DNA of 64,000 bases from Lama guanicoe (Eukaryota). How positions within the stretch are numbered: position 1 is the stretch's first letter; each line of letters begins with the position of its first letter. Positions 12,975 through 26,573 of this stretch are shown piece after piece. The position numbers and the translations under genes are program-made. The notes under the pieces were generated by a model that searched no databases, was not told the origin of the DNA, and saw nothing but the letters and a program-made list of their open reading frames with translations. The DNA lies in assembly GCA_013239625.1 (NCBI GenBank), contig MU056000.1, positions 13,715,175-13,779,174 on the forward strand. Direction: 5' to 3'.

Positions 12975-13160
12975 GACATTTTATCCTTACAACCCTGTGA
13001 GGTGTATATTACTATCCCCATTTAACAGTCAAGTAAACTGATGCTAAGAGATATGGAAGCTAAGAATAACTGACCTGAAGCCAGCAACTAGCAAGGGACA
13101 CAGCTGGGGTGTGAACAAGGTTTGCAGAGACCCAAGATTTTACTTAAAACCATGACACTG
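12975..13160 (-). mobile_element. MIR SINE
   Basis: acaaccctgtgaggtgtatattactatccccatttaacag..aaactga matches the antisense MIR core. Confidence 0.8.
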
Positions 13161-14329
13161 AAGCGGTCCCCAACTTAGCCCAACTCACCAGCTCCAAAAT
13201 CATAAAAGAGAAAGACTAGTGAAAGGGCCCAGGCCTATATCAGCAAGGAGTATTGTATAAGGCATAAGGGTTGGACAGCCCCTCTGTGGTTTCCGTTTGT
13301 ATGAGTGCCCTGGTTTCAATGTAAATCTACTACGATGAAGGGGAAAAGGAATTTTAAAGTAGGTCAAGGTGTTCAGAAGCACATGGCTGTTCTCTCTTCC
13401 TTCCAAAGCAATTTTTTTTTTATTTTCAAACCATCAACAAGTGTTTAATGAGGCCTAGCATATTGGGTATATTGAACTAAACATAAGTACAAAAGTGTAA
13501 GGCACAATCTCTGCCAGCGTGAGATGTACAATCTAAACATTTCTCAGGAATTACTCCATGGTTAAAAATCAAATTTGGACTTAGTTACTAGACTCAAAAT
13601 GAATATTATTTAAAGTCAATATTTTAAAGAAAAACATTACAACCCACGTTTATCAGGGTATGAAACTTATTCTTAGTAATATTAACTTGTTGTTATCAAT
13701 CAAAATGGTACATTTGTTAAAATTCGCCTCCCCCTCCTCTCCTTTATTTTGAATAAAGATTTTTTTGAAAACAGATTTTTGAAGTTAGGAAGTCAAAGTG
13801 CTCAGGTACAAACTTGGCCAGCAGTTTTCTAGGCAAAAGAGTTCTGAGCTACTCCATGAACCTAGCTCCTCTCCAGGCTATTTTGACTAATATTTTGAGG
13901 ACAACATAAAGCACATTTTTACATAAGATATTTTTGCCATCCAGAAGAAGGAGTCAGCACCATGGAGAGAGGTCTAGACGAGAGAAACGTTTCATAGTAA
14001 AATTCAGCACCAACTAGGAGGCAACACCAAGGAAGTAAGTGCTACATGAGTTCTTATGAAGCATGGCAGTGCCACAAAAATGTCACCTGGATTCTGTAAG
14101 TCCACCTAGTATGAGCACCGAGCCTAGCCTGTGGGGTCCCCTGGCATTAGTACTCTTCCTACCAACGTCTCTTTTTTCAGATGAATCTTTTTCAGATGGT
14201 TGCATTCAGGCTATGGAACCCACATTCAAGGACTGCAAAAAATACCAGAAGATTACACTCCAGAAAAGGGGACTTTAACTCATCATTGACTGATACCACT
14301 GTGTGACACTAAAGTCCCGTGTCTTGAGG

Positions 14330-14515
14330 AGAGAGAGCTCTGAGTTATAATTTATACTTCGGATGGGTCAGGTTGATGATAGCCTGGCCTGGCCTTCCCC
14401 CTTTTTCTGCTCCCCCTGTCCTTTCCTAATTTCCCTTGGAAGCACTTTCTCAATAAATTACTTGCATACAGATTATCATCTTAGACCTTGCTTCTACTAA
14501 ACCCAAACAAAGACA
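14330..14515 (+). mobile_element. ERVL LTR (LTR16-like) 3' part
   Basis: ctcaataaattacttgcat...cttgcttct...aacccaaacaaagaca resembles the LTR16-family end. The 5' boundary is uncertain. Confidence 0.55.
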
Positions 14516-14829
14516 TTACAAATGCATATTAAAGTGAAATAAATGTTAAATTATTTCCTTTCCCATACTAAATAAATTTTATAGTTTTCCACTGTGCTTA
14601 GGATAAAGACTTAAATTTCTCACTCTTGCCTGTGGTATATAGACTATCTGGATGTAGTTTATATAGCCTGACTCATCTTTAGCCCTTCTCCCTCTCTCTT
14701 GCTGCATTTCAGCAATATTGATGTTTTGTGGGATACATAGACACACAGAGCTCTTTCTTAATTCAAACTCTGCTAATACACTATTTTTTCTGCCTCTTCA
14801 TTCCACACATCATGAAACATTCCATCTTA

Positions 14830-16770
14830 AATACTTCTAGGATAAATTGTATTATTGTTTCTAATTATTCTTTTTCTCCCAGTAAGGATATTATTCATCC
14901 CATCCTTGCCATGCCTCCTCCGAGGCAGGGTGCATTTCTACACCCCTCACTATTTTGGTCATGTGGTTTGTCTTAGCTGATGAAATGTTAATTGACGAGA
15001 CTCACTTTTTCTGAGAATAAGCATCAACTGTGTTTGAATAACTTGATTCAACTTCTTTTTCCTGTCCTCTGCCATGAGCAAATGTCTAATCCTTCAGTCT
15101 GGACCTTAAATAAAAAGGCATGTACAGACAACCAGGATGCAACAAAGCTCAGAAAAGCCCCTCAGAGTCCTGCAGAGCCAGGCAAAACCCAGCAAAGTCA
15201 TCAGCATAGCTGAGTGAGAAACTAATTTTTATTTTTTGAAGCCAACGAATTTTTACACTGTTGTTTCTGTATTGCAATTTTCCTAATCAGAAATATCTGG
15301 AAGGATTAAAATTTGGTTGCAACATTCAAATCTACACTATCAGTTAAACCAGGAAATGAGTAAAACATTGGTAATGAGTATTGGTTGAGTAGCTTTCTGT
15401 GATGAAATGCTACAAAAAAAAATGCAAGCAAAAAAAAAAAAAAGACAATTGACCTATTTTGCAGAAGGATTAAAAGGAAACTAGACAGCCCAAAAGTTCT
15501 GGAACCTATAGAATTGAGAAACCGAACAGATTCTTGTGAAATATGCATATAAAAATTTGAAAAGTGCTATTATTTATGAAGGTCTATAAAGACTCAGAAT
15601 AAGACTGATTCAGGAAAAGACAAATTCAGAAGAATGACAATTGTACCCTTTGTTAAGACGTTTGATTAACTTAACATGACCCCAGATAAATGTTTCATTT
15701 GCACAAAATGGTTCAGGAAAATAAGAACAAGAAAGTAGTTCCTTAGAAGCATTTAGGGTCAATATACTTCTAACCAAATTGAGAGAGAAAGAGAAAAATC
15801 ACCAAAACTTTGACAATGCTGTTTATTCCATTATGCCATTAGATTGGTGGAGATAATCTGTTACTGATTTTAAAAATGATATTTTCCGTTCCCTTACTTT
15901 CTACCTTCAAGAGGTTCAAGTGAAAAAAAAAATTCAGTTTCCAGAGATAACATTCTCCAAACATCATATGGAGCCAAGGAGGTGAATGGAAAAAAGAAGA
16001 TGTCCCAGGGGGTCAGGACCGAGAGCCACAGAAAACAAGGGACAGGGTCTTAGCACAATGAACCTAATCAGGGAACATATCTTGTCTACAGAGAGAACCT
16101 CAGGTCCCAGTGGTATTTCAGAATTGTGATGGACCAGCAATCAATGTGCTGTCTTCTTTTTTCTGAATGGATCCATTTTTGTTCTTCTGGATTATTGTGT
16201 GTTGTGTTTGAGGAGAATTAGGTAACTTGTATTTTCAGGTGCTAGCCACCTAAATCAGGAGGAACTTCACCTGGAACTAGAGTATATTAAAAATCCCTGG
16301 ACTTTGGGCCTCATATTACGGTTGGATGAGGATTTTGGGGGGATTAACTCCCTTCAGAAGGGAAGAGTTATATTTTCATTTGGAAGAGAAATGGATATTT
16401 ATGATTAACAAAGCAAACTGCACTAAATTGTGTTTTTTCTCCAGTTGTCTTCTCCTTCCCCTGTAAGACTATTTAATATCCCATCTTTGCCACATTCCAT
16501 TGTCAGATGTGTCTATATGTTTTTCTTTTCTTGATAGATTATGTGTATGTTATTATCCTAAATTCTTAATGTGCCTCTATAGATTGATCCAGTCTTTTTT
16601 TTTTTTTCCCTCACCTTCTGCCATCAAAAGGGGTTTACTTCTTTCACCTGAAATCCAAAATAGGAAGACATAAGTAGTGGGGCCAAATAGAGCATTGCCA
16701 ATTTATAAACTCATGAGTGAAAGGTAAGTGTGATTGTAACCACCAACACTCTTACTGCAAAAACAGCTTT
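14830..16770 (+). mobile_element. MaLR (MLT1H-like) provirus remnant: LTR, about 1.1 kb internal, LTR
   Basis: Two diverged direct copies (about 14830-15290 and 16420-16770) share taaattgt..., atcccatc(c/t)ttgcca, tctgccat and gagtga blocks. A purine-rich stretch precedes the second copy. L2 pieces flank both sides. Confidence 0.6.
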
Positions 16771-16774
16771 CTTA

Positions 16775-17020
16775 CCACCCTGTATGATGATTATTTTTTG
16801 CTCTCATATTAGCTGTAACTTTTTGTTTGTTTCAGTTATAGTTCTTATCCAGATTTACACTTACTTTATTCATCTGTGTATTTCTTATTTTCACTGTATC
16901 ACCCACTAGCCTACACATTCAGTGAAGACATGGACTGCTCTCGCCACTGTGGTCTTAAAGCCCAGAGCAGTTATGTAGTAGATATGCAAAGATATTTCTT
17001 GAGGTAATGCATGATTGAAA
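16775..17020 (+). mobile_element. LINE-2 3' end (upstream part at about 14580-14830)
   Basis: L2 tail: cccactagcct...gtagatatgcaaagatatttcttgaggtaatgcatgattgaa. Confidence 0.55.
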
Positions 17021-17994
17021 GAATCTTCTCTTTAATGGTGTTGCCTCTCATATACAAATATGTATGATTAATATACACAACTCAAGTAGATGTTTGTAGT
17101 GTATTAAAACAACTCTTGAAGGTTAATCTTGCATTTTATTTCAATTTAGATATCTTTAGACCTTGTTTTCATACGTAGAGTTCAAGGTCTATAATGGCAG
17201 TCACCATGTGTCACATATCTGATATCATTTGTATTCCCATACTCAGATAACTTTTTAACAGTTTAATTTTTGAAAAAACTTTTTTTTTTTTACTTTGAAA
17301 ATAAAGCTGGCTAGTCTCTCTGCTACTGTGTGCCTGCAAATGGTTTCACAGGATTTATTTTTCCCTGGTCATCCTCTCTAGGATTTCCACAGGTATGAAA
17401 GTGATGCATCTTACTAAAGTGATTATCGAGTGACATGAAGAAATATTACATCGATTCTCTGAAGCACTTTCTTCATTGCTTCAGTTGTTTCTTTGTTCTT
17501 TATCATTCAGTGCCATTCTGAGTCTTTGGGACTTCCAATCACTCCATTGTGGAGTTCTGAATACTTCTTTCACCAGCATTTTAGCCCCTATAGAGAAACA
17601 AGCTGGTAGAATAATGGCTGGTTATGCTCTCCTATGATATCAAGCAATCATTTATGCAGCACACCTTGTCCACATTGCAGAGCAAATAATTTCTTTTCTT
17701 TTATATATTTCCAAGGGGTAGAAATATAATTTTTTCTCTGATCAGATTCAGTTAAATATTCTCAAGTTTTCAAGTTAAACTGGCCTTATACTTATATATG
17801 CAAATAATAATAAATGTATTATCAGAACAGTAAAATAGACTGAATCCCTAAAATTTGTTACTGTATTTAGTCTCTGGCTTTGCAGACATTAGATCCTGTG
17901 GTCTTCCTAACACCTCTATGAGACAAATAGTGCCATTTCAGAGATAAGAAAACTAAGGATTGTGGAATTTAAGTCAGGCTTTTAAAAGCATGCA

Positions 17995-18037
17995 AGATAG
18001 ATAGGTAGATAGATAGGTAGGTAGGTAGATAGATAGA
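17995..18037. repeat. (TAGA/TAGG)n tetranucleotide microsatellite, adjoining a MIR fragment at about 17895-17980
   Basis: agatagataggtagatagataggtaggtaggtagatagataga. Confidence 0.9.
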
Positions 18038-18269
18038 ATACATAATCAAACTATGACCCAAACCAGGGAATTATATATGAAAGTCAATGATCTTTTTTAT
18101 GTCTATTTTGTGGCACTATTCACATTCTTTACTACAGATAAATATTCATGGAAATCATTAAAACAATCTCAGCAGTGGGGAAAGAAAAGCTTATCATTTT
18201 AACTAAGTAGAAAGATTCTGAACATTTTCTTAAGTAATTAATCTAAGATAGATTATATTTCTAGTCCAT

Positions 18270-18630
18270 TAAAAAAAACTACCAGATATTCCTCTCTTAG
18301 AGAAATTTATTCATCTCTGTTCAGTTGACATGTGTTTTCTTTTAGTCAATGAAATACGCATGGTGGTAAGATACTCTACCACTACTGTGGAGAAGCCTTA
18401 TGAGCCAGCACGTGGGTCACTCTGTTTTCTGACTTCCAGTTTTGTGATCATAGAAGCCTGCATTTACATTAAGTCCCATCAGCTCTGATCTTTACTGATT
18501 TTAATAAACTGAGTCCCTGGATGACCTGTAATGGGTTCATAGAATCTTGTGCTATGTAAAGCTTTTTAAGCTACTAAATTTGGAGATTCCTTTATTTCTC
18601 ATGCATGACTCAGCCAATCAATGTTGACAG
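18270..18630 (+). mobile_element. MaLR LTR (MLT1J-like)
   Basis: agtcaatgaaat...agccttatgagccagcacgtggg...taagctactaaatttggag resemble MLT1J blocks. Confidence 0.55.
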
Positions 18631-21069
18631 AAAACATTTTTTTAAAGTTGAGATAAATGCATATGAAATTTGTGATCATCAAAATAAATTCCCTGAATCT
18701 GAGGTGATTATATCACTGCAAAGGTGGGTGTGTTAAATGTGGACAGAATCCGTACTGACCTGTTCTGTCCTAAGCTTGGTATTATATGATACAGTACTTG
18801 GCACATAAAATATTAAAAATTAATTTTTTTATTTGGATGAAATTTAATTAAATGTGCACTCTAATGTCTGGTATTGAATATATTATGAGGGTCAAATGTT
18901 TGGAAAGGGTATTGATCTCAAGAATGGTGAAAATAGATTTCAAAATACATTGATTTATGAAATAACCAAAGCACATCCTAAGGACACTTCCTTATGCATA
19001 CTAAACACATTTTCATAAGTGTTTTCTAATTCATCATTTGTAAATTCAGAGAATGTCTACATCCAAATTTTGGTCAAATGAAATAGGAGAAATCTCTGTA
19101 AAAATTACTCGATGAATTATACTTTGCTAAAACAATCATATGTACATATACACCTATTTGAAATAAAATTTATCCAAAAATATAAAATGCTCTAAATGAG
19201 ATTCTCACCATGCCTGTTTAGCTGGAAGTATTATAAACTTTAGATATATAAATTCAAAGCTTCAATAACCATTAATAATTTGTTTTTAATTAAAAATACA
19301 TTAGTACTGTGTGAAAAACTCAAGAAGGCTCTCCTTACTTACAAATGTGCTCTATAAAATATACATAACTTCTGCTCATGAAATACATCAAAGTGTCTTC
19401 TCCATGATAAAAGTTAATCAATCATTTTTGCCAGACTTTATCTTTGTAAATTTAGTCAATTGAAGAATAATGAGTTATGTATTTACAGGCAACTCAAATT
19501 GACAAAATCTGTGTGGCTTAATAGTCCTCAATAAAAATAGTTGCAACAGAAGACACCAGAAGTTGCATCGCCCATGGTGCCTTGCTCATTAACCTGTGGA
19601 TGTTGGAAGCAAATCAATATGACAGATGTGGTCTTTTTGACAGGAGACTAGAGAATTCTGAAAATGCAAACATTATTATTAAATCATGCTTCCCTATGAG
19701 CCTAGGAGAGGTAAATATTAATGAGCCTTTGGTGAATAAGAGATTAATTTACTCTCAGACATTCCCTTCTTAGTAAAAAGGCAGGTTTATAGAAGCGAAA
19801 AGTCTACATCATAGGCAAATACTTCTGAAGTGCAATTAAATTACATTAGCAATGAATACAGCAGGGTTAACTCCAGAGGGATTTTGAGCCATTGCATTAG
19901 TATTTATGAAACACTAAGTGTTTGCTAGTTACTATCTTGGCCTCTATTTCTCCCAGAGAGCAATGTGCCTGATAAGTGCACTGGGCCTTTTAAATTGCTC
20001 TTTTGCTTCTTTGAGACTGTCTAATTCAAGCCCTTTTTTCAATTCCTGCTGCGTGTGATGCAAGACTCTGCTTTTTTTGTTTATTTTCTTTTTTTTTCTT
20101 CTTTTTTTCCTTTACAAAGTTTGAAAGCTTGATGGAACCAGGTGGATGGAAACTTTGTCATCTCCCAGATAAAATGCACATACTTACAAGACCCTGGCAC
20201 AGGTATTTCCAGGGGATTCATGAAAACCCATGAAGTCTATCCATGTATCATTAGAGAAATCCCAGATTCAGTGGTTTCAACTGATTTTTAAACCTATTCA
20301 GGCAAATGGTTAATTGTTGGTCTGAAGTTTGCCCCCCAGATCCAGAATGCTTGGATGACACTGGATTTTCATTCTTGCAGCACTGATTACAGATTATGTA
20401 AACTGAAAGAAATATCAAGTAATAATCATCAGTTTGTATCTGTTTTTCAGAATTGTTCACTGGGACACTTGATTGAGGAGTAGCAGCTTCACTGGCAGGT
20501 AGAGTCTGGAAATGTGTGTGGAGTCTGTTGCATAAAAAGAAGTCTAGACCAGAGAGGTGACTTCCCGGAGCTGAAATGGTCTGAGCTTGCTTCAAGTTTG
20601 TCTCTTTTTTTGACAAGAGAGAGGACCAGCAGAGTAAAGTACCTAGGACACAATGCTCGACATGTTACGGGACATTCTAATACAACTCCTTTTTCTCTGA
20701 GTGGTTTATACTATCCAAAGCTAACTAAACTGGTACCAAAAAAAAAAGTTCCTAATAAATTTGGTTAATTCTAAATTTAAGTCCACCGAGGTAGATTTGA
20801 TGGTCTTGTAGAATCTTTCAAATACAAGAAGGCAGGCTTTCTCAAACATGTCTTGTTTGAAGTTCCCTAGACACGTTTTGGAATTTTTATTTTTTAAGTC
20901 CATGCTAATCGTATTGTAGGTACTTTCTTACGTTGGCAAGAGGTGTAAAATTGCACTGCAGTGTTGCATTAGGGATGTATCTACTAGTTTCTGGATCGAC
21001 ATTCCATGATAGTGAAACTGTTCAGTCTAGAAATATTGCTGAAATACTGAAAAATGGAAGGGTTAGTTA

Positions 21070-21490
21070 AAGCCTAGATAAGTCTGGTTTCCTTTTCCTG
21101 AAATCTGACCTGCCATATAAAAGGGGCATGTCCTGGCAGTGAGAGATGGAATAAAACAGTCTTGATAGCTTGAGATGTCAGAGCAGCCATTCCAGGTTTG
21201 TGCAAAACATACTTCAGGAAAAGCACAGCCCATGAATGTCAGAGGAAGGCTAAGTAAAGAGATGAAAATTAAGTGGGAATGAAGGGAGAAATTGCAATTT
21301 CGGTAAAGAAATGCAAGAATCTCATAAAACTGAGGAGAAAGAAGGGGAGAGATTAAAAAAGAACAAGACTAGGGCTCAGCTACTTCCTAGAGATGCCTTT
21401 TTCTCCTTACGGCTTTCCAATTGCCTTGCATGGATACCCTGATTTTAAAACAACTTTTGCTTAACACTCCTGAATCTCTGTTTCTTACAA
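21070..21490 (+). mobile_element. Ancient ERVL/MaLR-type LTR, family uncertain
   Basis: gcagccatt motif, purine-rich middle, ttttgcttaa...tctctgtttcttaca end. Confidence 0.35.
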
Positions 21491-23072
21491 ATGGGGACAA
21501 AAGTCTAACCAGAAGAAAAAGAGTCATTTCATAAAATATATTGAGTTTTGTGTTAGATTTTTAGAATCCAAAACTGAGAAGCTGGAGTGAATTAAAATGG
21601 TATCCAAGAGAAATCATTTCAATAGAGCATTGCTTATTAAAATATTTTTCAGAAGAATAAATGCCACCATGGTCACCTCTGTGTTAATAGACTAGAAATC
21701 TTTATTTTTGGCTTAGTGAAGAGACTGATCTGTTTTTTTAAACTTCTTTGCTTCCTGTTGAGTCCTTGGTTTCTTTCAATATATTAAAAATATAGAAGTG
21801 ATTGTACTTAACTGTACTTATTTCTTTACATATAATATTGTGATCATTTGATTATTTTCCATTTTTATAAATTGATGGTATGTTTCTCACAGGCAGAATG
21901 ATCCCGTTTATTTTGGTCTGTGCAGAACTACCGCAGGACCCGGCAAATAGAAGATGCTTACTCAGTTTTTATGGAATAAATAAATAATTTGTTCCATTTG
22001 TAAATTTACAAACACATTTTACATACTCTCATTTCTAGGGGCTTTATTTCAAAATATTCTTTTTTTTTACATAAATGGGGAAAAAAATGGTTACCATCCA
22101 TGGAAACATGGATGTGAAGAAACAAAATGAGAAAGGAGACACATATGAGGACTTATTTTTCTTTTCCACCCACTAGGAAACACTGCGCTCAAACTTACAT
22201 TTCACTCTCCACAGGAGAATATTTATTTTATTCCTTGTATTTCTCTTTGTAGTTTAACAAACAATGGCGTTTGTGTCAATCACTTCTTAGTTGGAGACCT
22301 TTTTGAAAGTGTATGAGCAATATTTTCATAAATAAAGAATTCCTCCGGCTTAACTACATTATGTGTCAAGAAGAACTCTAGAAAACGCAACCTTTGTTAG
22401 CGTGATCGATGCTAATAGGTTTAACCTTTCGCTCCTACAGAAGTTGAAGGGAATCAAAGAAAATGAGATCTTTTCAAGTGATGACCTGGAAACAATCTTT
22501 TTTAGTGGGAGTGGGGTTGTTTTGATTCTTACACACCAGCAACTTATTTTGTAACTGACACTTAGTTCAAAAGTGTTTGACCACTCACTCATCATACAAA
22601 TGTAACTCTAATTAGCAATGTTCTTCTTTATTGCTATATTGATGTATACTGTACTCATTCTGCTTTTTTCTATTTATTCTGTTTCACTCTTCTATCATTA
22701 TTATTTTCAAGCTGAATAAATTTGGTAGTACTCTGTCTCAAAATCCAAGGTTAGAAGAACAAAACAAACAAAATAAGAAACAGGTAATGAAATTATTGAA
22801 ATTTGGGACCAATTTATAATATTTTTAAATAAAATACAATTGCCTTGACATTAGAATACAAAGTCGTTAGGTACATAAGAGTTGTGTGATGATCATTTAA
22901 GCTATGGAGATTTGATTCCCCAATACTTTCAAAGAGTGTACTTCTAAGTAATGTGAGGATGAGTCCAGTGGCTTTCATTCTTGATACTTATCTTTCTCAG
23001 TTTCTCGTATTTTCTTCCCTAGAGGGAAGCCAATGCTTAATAATGTCTGTTTATTGGATGTAAGACACACAT

Positions 23073-23775
23073 TAGTAGTGTGCTGGTAAGTTTAACTGGC
23101 TTTGGGGAAGGAAAAGCCATTGTGTGTACTGTTTGCCAATTTTCATTGTGTAAATACTCTCACTGTAAAAGGATGAATTGTGTCCCCTCCAAAGATACAT
23201 TGCAGTCCTTACCTCTAGCACCTCAAAATATGGCCTTAATTGGAGATAAATTGTTTGCAGAGGTAATCAAGTGAAAATGAGGTCATTAGGGTGAACTGTA
23301 ATTTAAAAAAAAAAAGTGTTCTTATAAAATCTTTGATTCCCAAGATTGAGATCACTGAATCTAATGTTCAATGTATTTACAATTTAATGAAACAGTGCTA
23401 GGTGGCTTTCCAAAATTACTTTAAAATTTTGACTCAGAGACAGATATGTACCAGGGAGAACATGATGTCAGGATTGAGATTATGTTGCCATGAACCTAAG
23501 AACAACTGGAGGCCCTGAGAGAAGACCGGAAGGCATCCTTTCCCAGCACCGTCAGAGGATGATGGCCCTACCAACCTCATCTCAGACTCCTAGCCCCAGA
23601 ACTGTGAGACATCGCATGTTTGTTGTTTAAGTCTGCCAGTTGGTGAGTACTTCATTAGCCCAGTCTTAGAACACAGATACATCCATTATGTCTGATTTCA
23701 ACCTATCAACACAGAATCCGGAAAATTTAACAAGGGACTCTCACAAAACATTATGAGTCAGTTCCAGCACACTTT
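23073..23775. mobile_element. MER63-like hAT element split by an MLT1B-like LTR
   Basis: Begins tagtagtgtgctggtaa and ends ttccagcacactt (inverted termini). The halves at 23073-23163 and about 23682-23775 are contiguous with the recalled consensus. Confidence 0.65.
23164..23681 (+). mobile_element. MaLR LTR (MLT1B-like)
   Basis: tgaattgtgtccc...aatgaggtcattagggtg...tcagactcctagccccagaactgtgagac...gttgtttaag...ataca. Confidence 0.85.
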
Positions 23776-24329
23776 TAGACCATTACTATTTGTTTGTTAG
23801 TAGCAATTTTCTTTTTTTACCTATTTCTGAAGCATTCTTTTAAAGTTTTCTTTTTAAAATGATGAGTTATAAAAAGAAAGAAAAAACACTAGATGAACAA
23901 TCAGAGAAATCTTTCTTAAAGAAGTTATGTAAGTAGAACTTAAACCATATGTTGACTTGGTTAGACTGAGATGTGAAAGAAAAGATCCAGGAAACAAAAG
24001 ATTACTATGTATCAATAAATTATAGATTAAATGAAAGAAAAGTAGCAATCTAAAGGAAATTTTTCAAAAATAACAGATCACAATCATATCATTCAACAGG
24101 TAGATCTGTGTTGATTATTTTGCTTGATTATTTTCTATGATCAACATTAACAACCTAATGTATATCTTAAATACATGTGTAGATATTGTTTTCAACAAAA
24201 CTGTAATGCTGTATAAATCTTTCACAAGAACCACAATTATTTAATAGATAGGAGAACTGAGAAATGCAGAAGTAAGTTTTCCAAAGACAAACAAATAGCA
24301 AGTATTGGATTCCAGAATCTGCAATCTAA

Positions 24330-25400
24330 AAAAAAGCACAATAAACTGTATCTCATTTTTTTATAACCCAGGATATTTATTTCTTTAGATTTGATTCTGT
24401 GAGATTATAGGATCTAATATTTGGTGGATTTATAATTTAATGAAATAATACTAAATAGCTTCCCCAAATTGCTTTCTTGTTTTATATTTATTCCTCTTTT
24501 TCCCATATTACTGCAAGAAGTCAGGTTTTTTTTTCATTTTTTCATAGAAGAAAATATATCTCTTTGTTTCATTATTTTGTTTTCCTTAGACTTAGGAATA
24601 TGGACAATTTTCTCCCAATCATTAGACACTCGAATGATTTTATTCTTAATTTCCAGTTCATTCACCCATTTTTTTATTCAGTTTGCATATCTTATTAAAA
24701 TTCATCTTCATACACCTCATAAGTATATTCTTCAGTTCACTATTTTGTTTTTATTTGCTTTAGGTATCTCTTGATGTACATTGAATATGTAAAAGTTTAT
24801 CTTTTACAGATCCATGTTTGCTTCATTAACTGAACATACCATGTCCACAACTCAGAATAAGAAAAGAAATGTTACTAAAAATTTTGAAATTTCCTGATTA
24901 CTACTATCTGATTTCATTCATCCACCCTCGGTAATAACCACTCCCTTGAACTGTCTATTAATCAGACTTTTAATTTTCTCTTTACTTTTAACAAATATGT
25001 ATCTATTTTCAAGTTTATATTGCTTACTTTTGAGTGTTGTTAGAATTCAGATGAATAAGTTTGTATGTTTATTGGATTAACTTGTATTTTCCACTTAAAA
25101 TGTTTTGTGTTGCTGCACTCAGCATTTTATGAATCTCCACAATTGGTGTATTTATATAAAAGCTCTTGGTTCAAGTGCTTTGTTCTTATAACCGAACTTG
25201 CTGTACATATTCTAATACCTAGCTTCCGTGTGCAATGAGCATCTTCAGTTTTGCTAGAGAAGGCCAAATTTTAATCAAAAATTGTTGTTTTCCCAATTTC
25301 TATGAAATTCCTGTCCTTATATTTTACCAGCTCACAATTTTTCTCTTTCTATGCTTGTTCCTATGTTTAAGCCAGTGTGTTCCATCATTTTTTTAAATTT
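24330..25400 (-). mobile_element. Old L1M/L1ME fragments
   Basis: T-rich antisense L1 3' motifs (ggtaataaccactcccttgaac; gccaaattttaatcaaaa). Heavily decayed. Confidence 0.5.
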
Positions 25401-26197
25401 TAAAAATTATATAGATTTCCAAATATCTAATTCCATGTATCTATATTGATTTATTGTGAACTTTTTTCAATACATTAATTATATTTAAATTATTTTATCC
25501 ATTTATTTTACTATCATTTCTTAGGTGTTACACTGTCTCTGGATTTAGTTTGAAACAGCTCTTTTTTTGGCATCAGTTTTACGAAAGTCTTTAATTATTA
25601 TCAGTTGGACATGCCTCTTTTTTTTATTTGCTAATAGATTCTGTGGTGATTGGATCTGACTGTGGGCATCTTTCTCCGTCGACTCTTAGGGAAGGAAAGT
25701 AAATAACTCACCTTCTGTATGTGGTGGGTCCTCATTACCTGAAAAAGAATTCCCATCACTCTAACTGCAGAACTTATAATTCACACATCCGCTTCTTTCC
25801 CATTTCATTTTTCTATCGTTTTTGCTATCTATTCTCCAAAATTTAAGTCAATCTTAATTTCTTCATGAAGCCTTCCTTGATTATGCCAACTAATATAAAC
25901 CTCTCCCACCAAACATGTTCAAAGTGCATAGTCTCTCCCAGCGTTTATAACATACTACCTTTAATTCTATGAATGTTTCTATTCTTAGTCTTATTTTCCC
26001 ATTTATTAAATGTGCCTCTAATACTTAAAGTTTTATCTCCAAAGTTTTTGTTTTTAGTCATTTTCTTGGTGGTAGTGGTGATTTAATATGTAGGCTTCAT
26101 GTTGATCAAATTCCAACTCATGTTTTACTGATGTGGTGTGCTGCTCCTTTAAAATAATGAAAAATATCATAAATTTAGGTCAATTTCATTGAACCAG

Positions 26198-26573
26198 TGT
26201 TAAAAGGGAAACTGATCCATATTAAAAATTTTAAGTTTATTTGAGCAAAAATCTGGCAGCCTTCATTCTAGAAGATAAAAAACAACCTGGAGGGGCTGTG
26301 TAAAATGAAAATTTTTTCTAAGCAGGAGAGAGCAGAAATAAGGAAGTTATGTTAGCCGAAAAAGCAGGTTTATTATTGCAAGATCACTTTCTTTCAGAGG
26401 ATGGCAAAGGGTCTAAGAGGCAGATTAACTAGTGCTAAGCAGGTGATTCCCAATTGATTGCTTAAAGATTTAATTTCTGGGAGATCTGAAACGGTAATTA
26501 AGTCAAATCTCAATTTGATGATGGGGGTTAGCGTAAGTGACACCACTTTGGGCCGGTTGTCTTGTTTGTAACA
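26198..26573 (-). mobile_element. ERV1-type solo LTR, 376 bp
   Basis: tgttaaaa...tgtaaca termini, flanks ccag/ctag (3 of 4 TSD match), tttatt (AATAAA on minus) near the left end. Confidence 0.7.

Noticed and set aside
22395..22417. Small inverted repeat ttagcgt-gatcg-atgctaa
   Set aside because: A stem of about 7 bp is expected by chance in 64 kb and is too short for a pre-miRNA.
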